DNA from: Nitrosopumilus sp.
GTDB lineage: Archaea > Thermoproteota > Nitrososphaeria > Nitrososphaerales > Nitrosopumilaceae
Assembly: GCA_025699075.1 (NCBI GenBank)
Contig: JAILWG010000002.1
Coordinates: 56,048-120,047, forward strand
Length of the DNA: 64,000 nt
Direction: 5' to 3'
Positions 18,395 through 28,905 of the stretch are shown piece after piece (the first letter of the stretch is position 1; each line of letters starts with the position of its first letter). The position numbers and the translations under genes were made by a program. Under the pieces are notes generated by a model, which was not told the origin of the DNA, made no database searches, and was given only the letters and a program-made list of their open reading frames with translations.

Positions 18395-19729
18395 TCACAG
18401 ATATCCCATTTTTCTTAATTCTTCTTCAATCATTTTTTCTTCATCTGAAATTTTTTCTCCTGAAAAATCTTTTGAATTTTTTAAAATTTTCTCTAATATC
18501 TCTTCATATTTACTAATGATTTTTGGTTGGTCTAGGGAAATATTGTTTTGCTCCTTTGGATCCTTTTCTAAGTCAAATAGAAACACATCTTTATTTTTTT
18601 CAATTCTATTTCTAAAATATTTATATGAACTTGTTCTAATTCCTATCGTTTTACCAGGTGTTTTGGGTTTTATTGATCCAACTTCAATATATGCAGGTAT
18701 TTCATTTTCATTATTTTCTATACTTGAAAAAATATCTCTTCCATGAATTTTTTCATCAATTTCAATATTTGCTAATCGTGCAATTGTAGGATAGATATCT
18801 ATTTGTCTTACCAAATTTTTTATTTCCATCTGATTTGGTGTATTTAAACCTGTAATAATTAAAGGAATTTTTATTACATCATCAAATAAATATTTTGTAT
18901 ATCCTCGTGGAATGAATTTTTTTTCTTTTTCAATATCAATATTTCTTGTTTTAATTTTTTCATTTGTATTCAAAACAAATAGAAAAAATTTTTCACCAAG
19001 AAATGTTAACTGAGGAAACTTTTTTTTTAGTTTTCTCATTGCTTTATAAAAATTTGGCATATCTCTTAAATCAAAATCTGATTCAACATATTCACCATGA
19101 TCTGATGTAATTATTACTAAAGTATCTTCTAAAGAAATTTGTTCAAAGATTAATTTTAACCATGAATCTGTTGCAGATAATAGTTGATCGTATTTACTCT
19201 TACCCCATTCTTCACTGTTAAATTGTTCTGGAACTTTCACTAATGAACCAGTACCGTGAATATCTACTAAATGTAGATAATGGAACCATGGCTCAGTTTT
19301 AGTATTTTTTTTAAAGAATTCTAATGCCTTATTTCCTAATTGACCAAGGATTGTTTCTTCTTCTTTCCATTTGGTGTGATCAAACATAAAATAGTCATCA
19401 AAATCTTTAATAATTTTTTCAAACCATGTATATTTTGGTATTGTAGCAAATAATTTGTAGTTATTTTTTTTTAAATTTTTAAAAAATCCCATCTTTGAAG
19501 TTTCAATGTTTGTTTGTGTTATTCCTGTTTCAAATGGATATACACCGCTAAAAAGTGATCCTAGACAAGTTCCAGTAACATCAGATGTGCTAATTACTTG
19601 TGAAAACATAGTACCCTCTTTGATTAGTTTTCTAATGTTTGGAATTTTTGCATATTCCTGACTTGTTATTCTATCTGAACGAAGAGAGTCAATAACAACT
19701 AATAATATATTTGGATTTTTTTTGGTCAT
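18395..19729 (-). CDS. Second alkaline-phosphatase/sulfatase-superfamily protein with a Thr nucleophile
   Basis: PNILLVVIDSLRSD, TGTCLGSLFSG, HLVDIH, TSDHGE, RQIDIYPT, and C-terminal EELRKMGYL. Confidence 0.75.
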   Translation of the reverse strand: MTKKNPNILLVVIDSLRSDRITSQEYAKIPNIRKLIKEGTMFSQVISTSDVTGTCLGSLFSGVYPFETGITQTNIETSKMGFFKNLKKNNYKLFATIPKYTWFEKIIKDFDDYFMFDHTKWKEEETILGQLGNKALEFFKKNTKTEPWFHYLHLVDIHGTGSLVKVPEQFNSEEWGKSKYDQLLSATDSWLKLIFEQISLEDTLVIITSDHGEYVESDFDLRDMPNFYKAMRKLKKKFPQLTFLGEKFFLFVLNTNEKIKTRNIDIEKEKKFIPRGYTKYLFDDVIKIPLIITGLNTPNQMEIKNLVRQIDIYPTIARLANIEIDEKIHGRDIFSSIENNENEIPAYIEVGSIKPKTPGKTIGIRTSSYKYFRNRIEKNKDVFLFDLEKDPKEQNNISLDQPKIISKYEEILEKILKNSKDFSGEKISDEEKMIEEELRKMGYL

Positions 19730-19777
19730 TTTGATTTATTGGTATACACTTAATCAAAATATATAGATCTTTTATTC

Positions 19778-20818
19778 CTAGATGATCTTTTTTGCCATCT
19801 TACTCAAAAAAACAATAATTTTGTTAATTTTTTCTGAAGACTTTTCTAAATTAGTTGGAATTTCAAAATTTTCAACAAAATTCACTATAATTTCTTTATC
19901 TGATAGAATTCTAACTTTCTGAATTTCTTTTTTTAAGTCTTTAATTTGATCAATTAATTTTAGGATTGAATTGAATGCTTTGATTTTTTCTTTGCCATAC
20001 CCTTTAGACAGAAAATAAAAAAACATTCCAATTTCTAAAATAAATAAAATTGGAAAAATTTTGATAAATGTTTTTGTAGAGTATAAATAAAATAAACAAA
20101 TCCATCTATTTCTTTCTAAATAAAAAAACTTTTTAGATGACCATTTTAAAGTTGGACTTCCTAAATGAAATACAACAGCTTTAGGCTCATAGTATGATGG
20201 AATCATTTGTAGTCTTCCTCTCCAACCATAATCCAAATCATCATGATAACTAAACAAAATTTTGTTAATTTTTCCAATTTTTTTAATGATTTCTTTTGAA
20301 GTAAATGTACATGCTCCTGATGTATAACTAATTTCTTGAAATTTATTGTACTCTTCCGTATCTTTTTTACCCTTTCCTCTAGAAAAGCCTAAACCTAAAA
20401 TATTTATCAAATTTCCAGCACTGTTTATAAGATCAGGATTTTTTTTATCTAATAATTTTGGCTGATAGAGACCATCTCCATTTTCTTTAAAACTTTGAAT
20501 TAAATTTTCCAACCATCCATTTGTTACCACTGTATCTGAATCTAAAAATACTATGTAGTCTCCTTTCGCCTTATCGATTCCCAAATTTCTTGCTGCTAAT
20601 CCTATATTCTGTTCATTTTCAATCAAGTTTATTTTTGGAAATTTTTCTACACATTTCAAATAACTGTTGTCTGAAGAATTATTATCAATTAAAATAACTT
20701 CAAAATTTCCACTGGTTTCCTTAAAAATTGACTCTATGCATTCTTGCAAAACACTCCCTCCATTATAATTCACAACAATGATGCTTGTAAGAATATTTTT
20801 GGCTTCAATATGTTGCAT
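19778..20818 (-). CDS. GT2 glycosyltransferase (WbbL/rhamnosyltransferase-like)
   Basis: IIVVNYNG, IDNNSSD, ARNLG, FLDSD, SGAC, YHDDLDYGWR. Next to the rml genes. Confidence 0.85.
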   Translation of the reverse strand: MQHIEAKNILTSIIVVNYNGGSVLQECIESIFKETSGNFEVILIDNNSSDNSYLKCVEKFPKINLIENEQNIGLAARNLGIDKAKGDYIVFLDSDTVVTNGWLENLIQSFKENGDGLYQPKLLDKKNPDLINSAGNLINILGLGFSRGKGKKDTEEYNKFQEISYTSGACTFTSKEIIKKIGKINKILFSYHDDLDYGWRGRLQMIPSYYEPKAVVFHLGSPTLKWSSKKFFYLERNRWICLFYLYSTKTFIKIFPILFILEIGMFFYFLSKGYGKEKIKAFNSILKLIDQIKDLKKEIQKVRILSDKEIIVNFVENFEIPTNLEKSSEKINKIIVFLSKMAKKII

Positions 20819-20836
20819 AATTATTTTTTCAACAAG

Positions 20837-21892
20837 TTATAATTCTAGTTTGCTATCTTCACACAAAATTAGTGTTTTCTCTGTTTTTTTAGTAATTTTA
20901 GAATTATGTCCTATTATGCTATTTTCTAACTGTTCATTAATTTCAATCAATACATTATCCATTATTATTGAATTTTTTATACTACAGTTTTTTATTTTTG
21001 AATTTTTCCCAATGCTTACATTTGGACCTATTGTAGAATTTTCAATTTTTGTGTTTTCTCCAATAATCACAGGTCCATTTAAAGAAACATTATCATTTAA
21101 TTTAACATTTTTTTCAATAATTACATTACCCGTGATTTTACTTTTATTTTCAATTTTGCTATTACAGTACTTTTGTAAATTATTTAGAATTGTTTTGTTT
21201 GCATCTATGATGTCTTCTATCGTTCCCGTATCTTTCCAATATTTTGTAATTATATTATAAGATATTCTCTTTTTTGTTTCTAATAATACCTGTAATGCAT
21301 CAGTAATTTCTAATTCATTTCTCCATGAAGGTTCTAGATTTTTAATTATTTCAAAAATTTCGGATGTTAGAAAATAAATCCCTATCACTGCTAGATTTGT
21401 TGGGGGATTTTTTGGTTTTTCCATGATTTTTTTAATACTTCCATCTTCAAAAATATCTGCAATTCCAAATTGTTTTGGATTTGAAACCTCACACAACAAA
21501 ATTTTTGCAGAATCTGATGATTTCTCAAATTCTGAGGCATAATCTGACAATTTTCTTAATATTACATTGTCTCCCAAAAAAACTAAAAATTTTTCATTAT
21601 TAACAAATTTTTCACACAATCCTATAGCATGAGCTATTCCTCTAGGTTCGTCTTGTTCAATATATGTAATTTTTACTCCAAAATTGCTTCCATCACCATA
21701 AAATTCTCTTACCTTCTGAGAATTATTTCCACCAATTATAATTGCGATCTCATTTATTCCTGCCTCTTTGATGGATTCTAGCCCGTATTGAGACATTGGA
21801 ACATTTGCAATTGGAAGTAATTGTTTGGGTCTTGCATATGTTAATGGTCTTAGACGTGTTCCATGTCCTCCGTGCAAAATAATACCTTTCAA
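20837..21892 (-). CDS. rmlA: Glucose-1-phosphate thymidylyltransferase (long form)
   Basis: GGHGTRLRPLT..RPKQL, QDEPRGIAHA, MEKP, RNELEITDA, WKDTG, and a hexapeptide tail. Confidence 0.9.
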   Translation of the reverse strand: MKGIILHGGHGTRLRPLTYARPKQLLPIANVPMSQYGLESIKEAGINEIAIIIGGNNSQKVREFYGDGSNFGVKITYIEQDEPRGIAHAIGLCEKFVNNEKFLVFLGDNVILRKLSDYASEFEKSSDSAKILLCEVSNPKQFGIADIFEDGSIKKIMEKPKNPPTNLAVIGIYFLTSEIFEIIKNLEPSWRNELEITDALQVLLETKKRISYNIITKYWKDTGTIEDIIDANKTILNNLQKYCNSKIENKSKITGNVIIEKNVKLNDNVSLNGPVIIGENTKIENSTIGPNVSIGKNSKIKNCSIKNSIIMDNVLIEINEQLENSIIGHNSKITKKTEKTLILCEDSKLEL

Positions 21893-22899
21893 TTTTTACT
21901 CCTATATTTTTTCCAAGGAGTAGGATCTAACAATTCTTGAGCATCTTCTTCATTCCACCACTTGTCATTTTCAAGATACCATGAAATTGTTTTCTCTAAG
22001 TTTTCATCAATTGAAAACTTTGGTTTCCATCCCAACTCTTTTCTAATTTTTGATGAATCAACACCATATCTCATATCATGACCTGGTCTATCTTCAACAT
22101 GATAAATTAGATCTTTTGATTTGTTTAAATGTTCAAGAATCTTTTCAACCAATTCCATATTTGTTAATTCATTTGAATCTGAAATATTATATGATTCCCC
22201 GTTCTTTCCATTTAGAAATACCCTCATTACTGCATCACAATGATCTTCCACATATAGCCAATCTCTCACATTATTACCCAATCCATAAATTGGAATTTTC
22301 ATTTCTTTTTGAGCCCTAAAAATTGTTTTAGGGATGATTTTTTCAGGAGATTGTCTGGGTCCAAAATTATTTGTACATCTAGTTATTAAGACATTCAAGT
22401 TGTATGTTTTAAAATAAGAATACACAATTAATTCTGCAGATGCTTTAGAAGCTGAATATGGATTTGAAGGTCTAAACACATCTTCTTCTTTTGCAAATGA
22501 CGTTGGCAAACTTCCAAAAACTTCATCTGTAGAAATTTGTAGAAATTTTATTTCAGGTTTTTTCATCCTTATGGTATCTAATAATGAATAAACTCCCATA
22601 ATGTTGGATTCTAAAAATGGTTTTGAATCAAATATGCTTCTATCCACATGTGATTCTGCTGCAAAATTAATCACACCATCTACATCTACGATGATCTTTT
22701 CAATGCATGATTTATCGTTAATATTGCCTGAAACAAAATCGTAATTCTTAGATTTCTCAATTTCTTTAAGATTATTGATATTTGAACCTGTTAATCCTGC
22801 ATCCAAATTAATTATTTCGATATTGGGATAATTTTTTAAAACATAAAGAATAAAATTACTTCCAATAAACCCTAATCCTCCAGTTACAAGAATTTTCAT
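21889..22899 (-). CDS. rmlB: dTDP-glucose 4,6-dehydratase
   Basis: GGLGFIGSNF, FAAESHVDRSI, STDEVFG, PYSASKA, RDWLYVEDH, DRPGHD.RY. Confidence 0.95.
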   Translation of the reverse strand: MKILVTGGLGFIGSNFILYVLKNYPNIEIINLDAGLTGSNINNLKEIEKSKNYDFVSGNINDKSCIEKIIVDVDGVINFAAESHVDRSIFDSKPFLESNIMGVYSLLDTIRMKKPEIKFLQISTDEVFGSLPTSFAKEEDVFRPSNPYSASKASAELIVYSYFKTYNLNVLITRCTNNFGPRQSPEKIIPKTIFRAQKEMKIPIYGLGNNVRDWLYVEDHCDAVMRVFLNGKNGESYNISDSNELTNMELVEKILEHLNKSKDLIYHVEDRPGHDMRYGVDSSKIRKELGWKPKFSIDENLEKTISWYLENDKWWNEEDAQELLDPTPWKKYRSKN

Positions 22900-23033
22900 T
22901 TCTCAATCTCTCTGCCTACTTCCTTTATTTGTACTTGTTAGTTTTACATAATAATCATTTAATTCCAAATAAAATAAGAAATCACTTTGCATTTTACAAT
23001 ATTTTTATAATTCTCTTAATTCATGGTCAAATA

Positions 23034-23489
23034 ATGAAAAATGAGATTACTGAAAAAATGAATTTAGAGATTCATGAAACTAGGGACATTCATGATAATC
23101 ACGTAAATGGAAATTTAATGGTAATATGGAGAGACTGGGATAAATTTCTAAAAAATGATCCAAAAATGATATACATCACATCCGTAAATACTGGTGAAAA
23201 AAAAGGCCCACATGTCCATACAATAAGAGATAGTTACTTTGTTTGTATTAGAGGAAAGGTCGTTTTTATTATAAAAAATAAAGACGGAAATTATGATGAA
23301 ATAGAATCAAGTGAAGAAAATCCTGTAATGGTTCACATTCCAAAGAATATACCATCCGCTCACATCAATCTTTCAACTCAATCTTCATCAGTATTAGCAC
23401 TTGCTTCTCATTCTTGGAAACCCAATGACAATGAAATGCAAAATGTGAATTTTGATGACTATGATTGGGCAAAATGGAAATTAAATTAA
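23034..23489 (+). CDS. Cupin NDP-sugar epimerase/isomerase (RmlC/FdtA-like)
   Basis: KGPHVH...YFVCIRG...VHIPKNIPSAH cupin motifs. Start moved to Met36. Confidence 0.7.
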   Translation: MKNEITEKMNLEIHETRDIHDNHVNGNLMVIWRDWDKFLKNDPKMIYITSVNTGEKKGPHVHTIRDSYFVCIRGKVVFIIKNKDGNYDEIESSEENPVMVHIPKNIPSAHINLSTQSSSVLALASHSWKPNDNEMQNVNFDDYDWAKWKLN

Positions 23490-24395
23490 CATTTGTTGTT
23501 TTATTAATGCAAAAGATTCATCCAGTGTTAAGAACTTATAATTTGTGTTTATCAATTTTGTTGAATTGAGACATTTATTATTGGCAGTAGTTACACCTCG
23601 TCCTAATTTTTCAGTTGTTGTTGGAATTATTAATGAAGAATCTAAATTCAAATAATTTGCCAACTTAATACTAAAATCATATCTGTTGATACATAAAGAT
23701 GGGGCTGAATGAAAGATCCCTGATTTTTTATTTAATATTAAATGTAATATGGATTTTGCAAAATCATCAGCTATAATGGGCGAACTAAATTCTTCTGAGG
23801 TGATGTTCACTTTTTCTTTTAATTTTAATTTTGAAATTAACCATTGAGCAAAATTAATCTGTTTTAGTGAACTCGTTTTTTGAGAAGATAGTGATTTGGG
23901 TAACCATCCATACAACACACTTGCTCTGACGACTAGATTATTTTTAAATTCAAGAACTTCGTTTTCTCCAAGTAATTTTGATCTACCGTAATTATTAATT
24001 GGGTTTGGATGATCTAATTCATGGTATGCTTCTTTTTTAGTTCCGTCAAAAACTGAATCCGTAGAAAGATGAACTAATTTAATATTTAATAAATTGGATA
24101 TTTCACTTAATATTGAAACTGCTTTAACATTTACCTCATTTGCTTCGTTTTCATGTTCTTCGCAATAATCTACATTGTTTAGTGCTGTAGCATTTATTAT
24201 GATATCCGGCCTTGTTTCTTTAATTATGTGTTGTAGTTTCTCATGATTTGTTATATCTAATTGAAATGATTTTACATTGTTAAAATTGGGATCACGTAAA
24301 TTAAAACTCCCAAATGTTTCAAATTTATCTTTACATAATTCAACGAGTTTGCTACCTACTAATCCTCCTATTCCACAAATGAATATTTTTTCCAT
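23481..24395 (-). CDS. rmlD: dTDP-4-dehydrorhamnose reductase family
   Basis: GIGGLVG, NVDYCE, STDSVFDG, PINNYGRSKLLGE. Confidence 0.8.
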   Translation of the reverse strand: MEKIFICGIGGLVGSKLVELCKDKFETFGSFNLRDPNFNNVKSFQLDITNHEKLQHIIKETRPDIIINATALNNVDYCEEHENEANEVNVKAVSILSEISNLLNIKLVHLSTDSVFDGTKKEAYHELDHPNPINNYGRSKLLGENEVLEFKNNLVVRASVLYGWLPKSLSSQKTSSLKQINFAQWLISKLKLKEKVNITSEEFSSPIIADDFAKSILHLILNKKSGIFHSAPSLCINRYDFSIKLANYLNLDSSLIIPTTTEKLGRGVTTANNKCLNSTKLINTNYKFLTLDESFALIKQQMLI

Positions 24396-24536
24396 TTTTA
24401 CACCTGGATCTATTGCTGTTTGACCCTTCTTTTGTATTTTATTGAATACATGAGATTGGAAATTTCTAAAAACTATTTTTTGTTGAATTTTCTTTACATA
24501 GAAATTTAATACATGGATTCCTAGATAATCGAATAC

Positions 24537-26423
24537 GTGATGAATGAAATAATAATTTTAAAAAATTCTTTCAAAGTTACTGAGAAAGTTTCAAAAATTT
24601 TTGAAAATAAAGATAATTTGATTATATCTTTGGATTATAATTCTCATAAACAATTGAATAATTTAAAAATCAAGCATGTTCCCTTTGAAAATTATTTAGA
24701 TGTAAATGATTTTAAAATTATTGATAATACAACATTTAAAATAAATACATCTTGGCATACACATCAAGAAATCAAGGAATCACTAACAATTGACGGAATT
24801 AATTTTGGTTGGTTGCTAGAACAAGAATTATATTTTTTTCTTTTAACAACAATCACAAACTTTTTTTCTTTAATGAAAATTAAAGAAATTGAAAAAAACT
24901 TTCAGAAAATAATTGTATCAAGCGAATTAATGAAAATGGCCAAAATTATTTTCCCTAGCTGCGTTATTGAGGCATTAGAAGAAAATGATCAAAAACTTCA
25001 AAATTTTGGTTTTGATACTTATGCAATTAAATATAATATTGGACCTTTCCCACTATCAATTCGTATTCCAAGAAAATATTTTTTTCTTTTACAAAAATTT
25101 TATGAAAAGTCATTTATCCCAATTTTTCAGAAATGTTTTTCAAGAATAAAAAATGATTCATCATCTATATTGTTGATTGATTTTAATTCTGCTCGTGAAG
25201 ATGATTTTTTAAGATGTTTAAAAGAAAAAGATACTAATGTATTCTTGTTAAATCGCCGACGTAGTGCAATTTGGAATCTCAAGTCTTTTTTAGCGGTCAA
25301 AAATACCAATTCTATTCCTACCACTTATGAGAATTTTTTAGATAATTCTGATAGAAAACAAATTGAAACTGAAATAAAAAATATGAATATTAATCTCGAA
25401 TCTCTCTTTTCTAATTATACGTTATTTTCTGAAATATTCTCTATATCGAATGTTTCATTTTGGCCACATATTGAAAATTATTTTAAAAATTATTGTTTGG
25501 ATAGATTTTCTGAAGGAATTTGTGAATTAATTGGTTCAAGAAAACTGTTATCGAAAATTAAGCCTTCAGTTATTTTGCATTTTTTTGGTGTTGCTTTACA
25601 AGAAAAAATTATCATTCATGAAGCTAAAAAGATCAACATCCCTTCTATCATGTTACAACATGGAGCTCCTCATATTTTTTTACCCGGATGGGCAGAATTC
25701 AATCCCATGTCTGGAACTTTGCCTGTATATGATGAAAAAATGGCCGTTTGGGGCCAAATGATGAAAGAATATGCGTTAAAAAATGGAATGAGTCAAGATA
25801 ATCTAATTGTCTCTGGAAGCATCAGACATGATCCATATTTTAAAAAAAACAATCCCGTAAAAGATGGAATAATCCTTGTTGCATTATTACCATATTTTTT
25901 CAAACGAGCAGAGGATCAATCCATTTCATCATTTCAGAAGTATGAAGAATCACTAAAAATAATTTGTAATGTTTTAAAGAAAATTAAAGATAGAAAAAAA
26001 ATCGTTAAACTACATCCTACTGATATGAATTTTAATTCTATGTATATAGAACCTATTATTCATGAAATTGATCCTTCAATACAAATTATTGTTGAGGCTG
26101 ATTTAACTAAATTAATTCCTTCATCTGATATTGTTATCACTCATGGATTAACTACTTTTATTTTGGATTCAAATATCTTTCAAAAACCTACAGTCACTTT
26201 AATGTATAATCAAGAAGAATTTTCAAGTAAACTCAGTCATGGTTATTCAAAATTATTTGAGTACACTGATTCTGAAAAATTTGAAGCCTATGTTCATGAT
26301 CTTTTAAAAGATGAAAAAATTCGCAATGAAAACATATCTAATGGAATTGAATTTCTAAACTCTTATTTATCAAATCAAGGAAATGCATCTGAATATCTCT
26401 CAAATAAAATTTGCACATTTTAG
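24537..26423 (+). CDS. Large GT-B-like capsule/surface-carbohydrate transferase (possible ulosonate transferase)
   Basis: MLQHG, AVWG, VSGSIRHD, VKLHP, SDIVIT..TT..LD...FQKP. This pattern is shared by CDP-glycerol and CMP-sugar transferase-like proteins. Confidence 0.5.
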   Translation: MMNEIIILKNSFKVTEKVSKIFENKDNLIISLDYNSHKQLNNLKIKHVPFENYLDVNDFKIIDNTTFKINTSWHTHQEIKESLTIDGINFGWLLEQELYFFLLTTITNFFSLMKIKEIEKNFQKIIVSSELMKMAKIIFPSCVIEALEENDQKLQNFGFDTYAIKYNIGPFPLSIRIPRKYFFLLQKFYEKSFIPIFQKCFSRIKNDSSSILLIDFNSAREDDFLRCLKEKDTNVFLLNRRRSAIWNLKSFLAVKNTNSIPTTYENFLDNSDRKQIETEIKNMNINLESLFSNYTLFSEIFSISNVSFWPHIENYFKNYCLDRFSEGICELIGSRKLLSKIKPSVILHFFGVALQEKIIIHEAKKINIPSIMLQHGAPHIFLPGWAEFNPMSGTLPVYDEKMAVWGQMMKEYALKNGMSQDNLIVSGSIRHDPYFKKNNPVKDGIILVALLPYFFKRAEDQSISSFQKYEESLKIICNVLKKIKDRKKIVKLHPTDMNFNSMYIEPIIHEIDPSIQIIVEADLTKLIPSSDIVITHGLTTFILDSNIFQKPTVTLMYNQEEFSSKLSHGYSKLFEYTDSEKFEAYVHDLLKDEKIRNENISNGIEFLNSYLSNQGNASEYLSNKICTF

Positions 26424-26450
26424 TTTCTTTTTGTTTTTTGCTTAATTAAT

Positions 26451-27218
26451 TTATGACCATATTTTCCATTTTGGATTCTTAGAATTCCATATTTTCTCTA
26501 AAACTTTTTTCTCATAAATTGTATCCATTGGTTGATAGAACCCTTTATGTTTAAATGCAGAAACTTTGCCTTCTTTTGTTAATTTCTCTAATGGTTCTTG
26601 TTCCCAAACTGTAGTGTCATTTTCAATATAATCAAAAATATCTGGCTCTAATACAAAATATCCACCATTTACCCAATTTCCATCTCCTTTTGGTTTCTCC
26701 ATAAATCGAATAACCTTGTCATCTTTAATATCTAATATTCCAAATTTTCCTGGAGGTTGACAAGCTGTCACTGTAACTAGAGTTTTTAATTGATTATGAA
26801 AATCAATCACTTTGGAAATATCTACATCGTTTAATGTGTCTCCATATGTAAAACAAAATCTTTCATTTAAAACAAATTCTCTTATTCTTTTTAATCTCCC
26901 ACCTGTCATTGTTTCTAATCCTGTATCTACAATTGTTACAATCCATGGATGAGTATTGTCTTGTAGTATCTCTATTTTTATGAAATCTGTTTCTTCATTG
27001 ATAATTTTATGTTTAAATTTTGACAAAAAATACTCTTTAATTTTTTCTTGTTTATACCCACCACAAATAACAAAATCATTGATATTGTAAAAAGAATATT
27101 TTTTCATAATGTGCCAAAGAATAGGCATCCCTCCAATTTCTACTAGGGGTTTTGGTTTATCTTGTGTTTCTTCACTAAGACGAGTTCCAAATCCACCTGC
27201 TAAAATCACTGCTTTCAA
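26451..27218 (-). CDS. rfbF: Glucose-1-phosphate cytidylyltransferase
   Basis: LAGGFGTRLSEET..KPKPLVEIGG.PILWHIMK, DTGLETMTGGRLKR, TYGD, WEQEPLE, QPMDT. Confidence 0.9.
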   Translation of the reverse strand: MKAVILAGGFGTRLSEETQDKPKPLVEIGGMPILWHIMKKYSFYNINDFVICGGYKQEKIKEYFLSKFKHKIINEETDFIKIEILQDNTHPWIVTIVDTGLETMTGGRLKRIREFVLNERFCFTYGDTLNDVDISKVIDFHNQLKTLVTVTACQPPGKFGILDIKDDKVIRFMEKPKGDGNWVNGGYFVLEPDIFDYIENDTTVWEQEPLEKLTKEGKVSAFKHKGFYQPMDTIYEKKVLEKIWNSKNPKWKIWS

Positions 27219-27260
27219 TTCTAAACAATGTCATTAAAAGTGAATTAAACGTTCTTGTTT

Positions 27261-28094
27261 TTAGACTAGTATTTCTCTTAATTTTTTCATTGCAGGAAGT
27301 TCAGAATCCCAAATTCGTTTTTTTCCATCTCCTAAAATTTGATCTAATAAACGAATATCGCTTACTAATCTAAACAAACCTGGCGGTTCTAATGAAGCAG
27401 CTTGATCCGAGCCATACATGGTTCTATCCAAAGTTATGTGTCTTTCAATTGATGTTGCCCCCAATAATACTGCAGCAACTGAAACCAAATATCCTGCTGT
27501 TTCATGTCCGCTGTATCCTACATTACATTTGAATTTTTTCTTAAGAGTTTGAATCACTCTCAAATTTGCTTCATTTAATTTCATTGGATAAGAGCTATGT
27601 GAATGCATTAATTCAAATTCACATTTATGTTTTCTAAAAATTTTTACTGCTTTTTCAATTTCTTTCATTGTACTCATTCCAGTAGAAATAAAAGTATATT
27701 TTTTTTCTTCAGCAATTGTATTTAGTAATTTTTCATGAATCAACATTGCTGATGCAACTTTGTTATACTTTGTTTTGAATTTCCTCATTTGAATTTGACT
27801 ATCAATATCCCAACAAGACAGATACCATTGAATTTTCTTCTTCTTGCAATATCTGTCTATTATTTGATAATCTTTTATAGAAAATTCTAATCCTAATTTT
27901 TGTTCTCTTGTTGTTTTACCCCATGGACTTTCTCTTGGTGAATCTAATACCTCTTTTGAATATACTTTCTCAACAGTTCTTTTCTGAAATTTTACTGCAT
28001 CACATCCTGAAGAGACTGCAATATCAATTAATTTTTTTGCAATATCTAGACTACCATTATGATTAATTCCAATTTCTGCAACAATAAATGTCAA
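27261..28094 (-). CDS. neuB: NeuB-family PEP-dependent ulosonate synthase (short, no SAF domain)
   Basis: AEIGINHNGS, AVKFQKR, ISTGMS, SSYP, VGYSGHE, IERHITLDR.MYGSDQAASLE; 277 aa. Confidence 0.9.
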   Translation of the reverse strand: MTFIVAEIGINHNGSLDIAKKLIDIAVSSGCDAVKFQKRTVEKVYSKEVLDSPRESPWGKTTREQKLGLEFSIKDYQIIDRYCKKKKIQWYLSCWDIDSQIQMRKFKTKYNKVASAMLIHEKLLNTIAEEKKYTFISTGMSTMKEIEKAVKIFRKHKCEFELMHSHSSYPMKLNEANLRVIQTLKKKFKCNVGYSGHETAGYLVSVAAVLLGATSIERHITLDRTMYGSDQAASLEPPGLFRLVSDIRLLDQILGDGKKRIWDSELPAMKKLREILV

Positions 28095-28171
28095 TTAAGT
28101 AATACCTCCATTTTATCTAGTATAAAATATGTCTATTGAAATTAATTGTTCTTTAGTTAATTGAATTAATG

Positions 28172-28852
28172 TTACCATGTTGTCCAACCTCCGTCTAAAA
28201 CTACTGTGGAGCCTGTAACATAAGATGATTTATCACTACACAAAAATTCAATAATTCCATTTAACTCATCTTTTTTCATCATTCTTCCCAATGGTGTTAA
28301 TTTTGAATATTTTTTTTTAAACTCTTCATCTTGATTATGTTCTACTCCTCCAGGAGCAACACAATTCACTCTAAAGTTTGGTGCAAGATGTGTTGCAAGA
28401 AATTTTGTCAAATTAATTACTCCTGCCTTTGAAACAGAATATGCAGTATGCTTATGTGCTCCATCATACAAATCTGGCCTTGCTGAAACAATTCCTGTAC
28501 TTGCAGAAAAATTTATGATTGAACCTGAATCATTATTTCTTGCAAATTCTCTACATACTGAAAATAAAGACACTAAATTCACTTGCAGAATTTTAGAAAA
28601 TGATTCTAATGTAATATCAAACAAAGTGCCTCTTTTTTGATTTTTCTCAACATGATCATTCATTGCAAAACAATTTACAAGGCAATCTGCATGGTTATTT
28701 TTGAACCATTCTTTGACAAATGATTCATCAGTTAAATCATGACCCAATTCTAGATCTAATTTTAAGACGTCAAAATTTTTTGATAGATATTTGGATAATT
28801 CGCTTCCGATCAGCCCTTCTGAACCTGTAATGATAATTTTTTTTCCAGTCAA
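28172..28852 (-). CDS. Short-chain dehydrogenase/reductase
   Basis: TGSEGLIG, YSVSK, RVNCVAPGG, TPLGRM, DGGWT. Confidence 0.9.
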   Translation of the reverse strand: MTGKKIIITGSEGLIGSELSKYLSKNFDVLKLDLELGHDLTDESFVKEWFKNNHADCLVNCFAMNDHVEKNQKRGTLFDITLESFSKILQVNLVSLFSVCREFARNNDSGSIINFSASTGIVSARPDLYDGAHKHTAYSVSKAGVINLTKFLATHLAPNFRVNCVAPGGVEHNQDEEFKKKYSKLTPLGRMMKKDELNGIIEFLCSDKSSYVTGSTVVLDGGWTTW

Positions 28853-28905
28853 TATTGGTGGTAGTAAAATTTTGAATTTATTGTTTGTTATCCAAACATT
28901 CTAAA

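Noticed and set aside
13343-19729. True arylsulfatases
   Set aside because: Both lack the C/S-x-P-x-R formylglycine motif and have Thr at that position.
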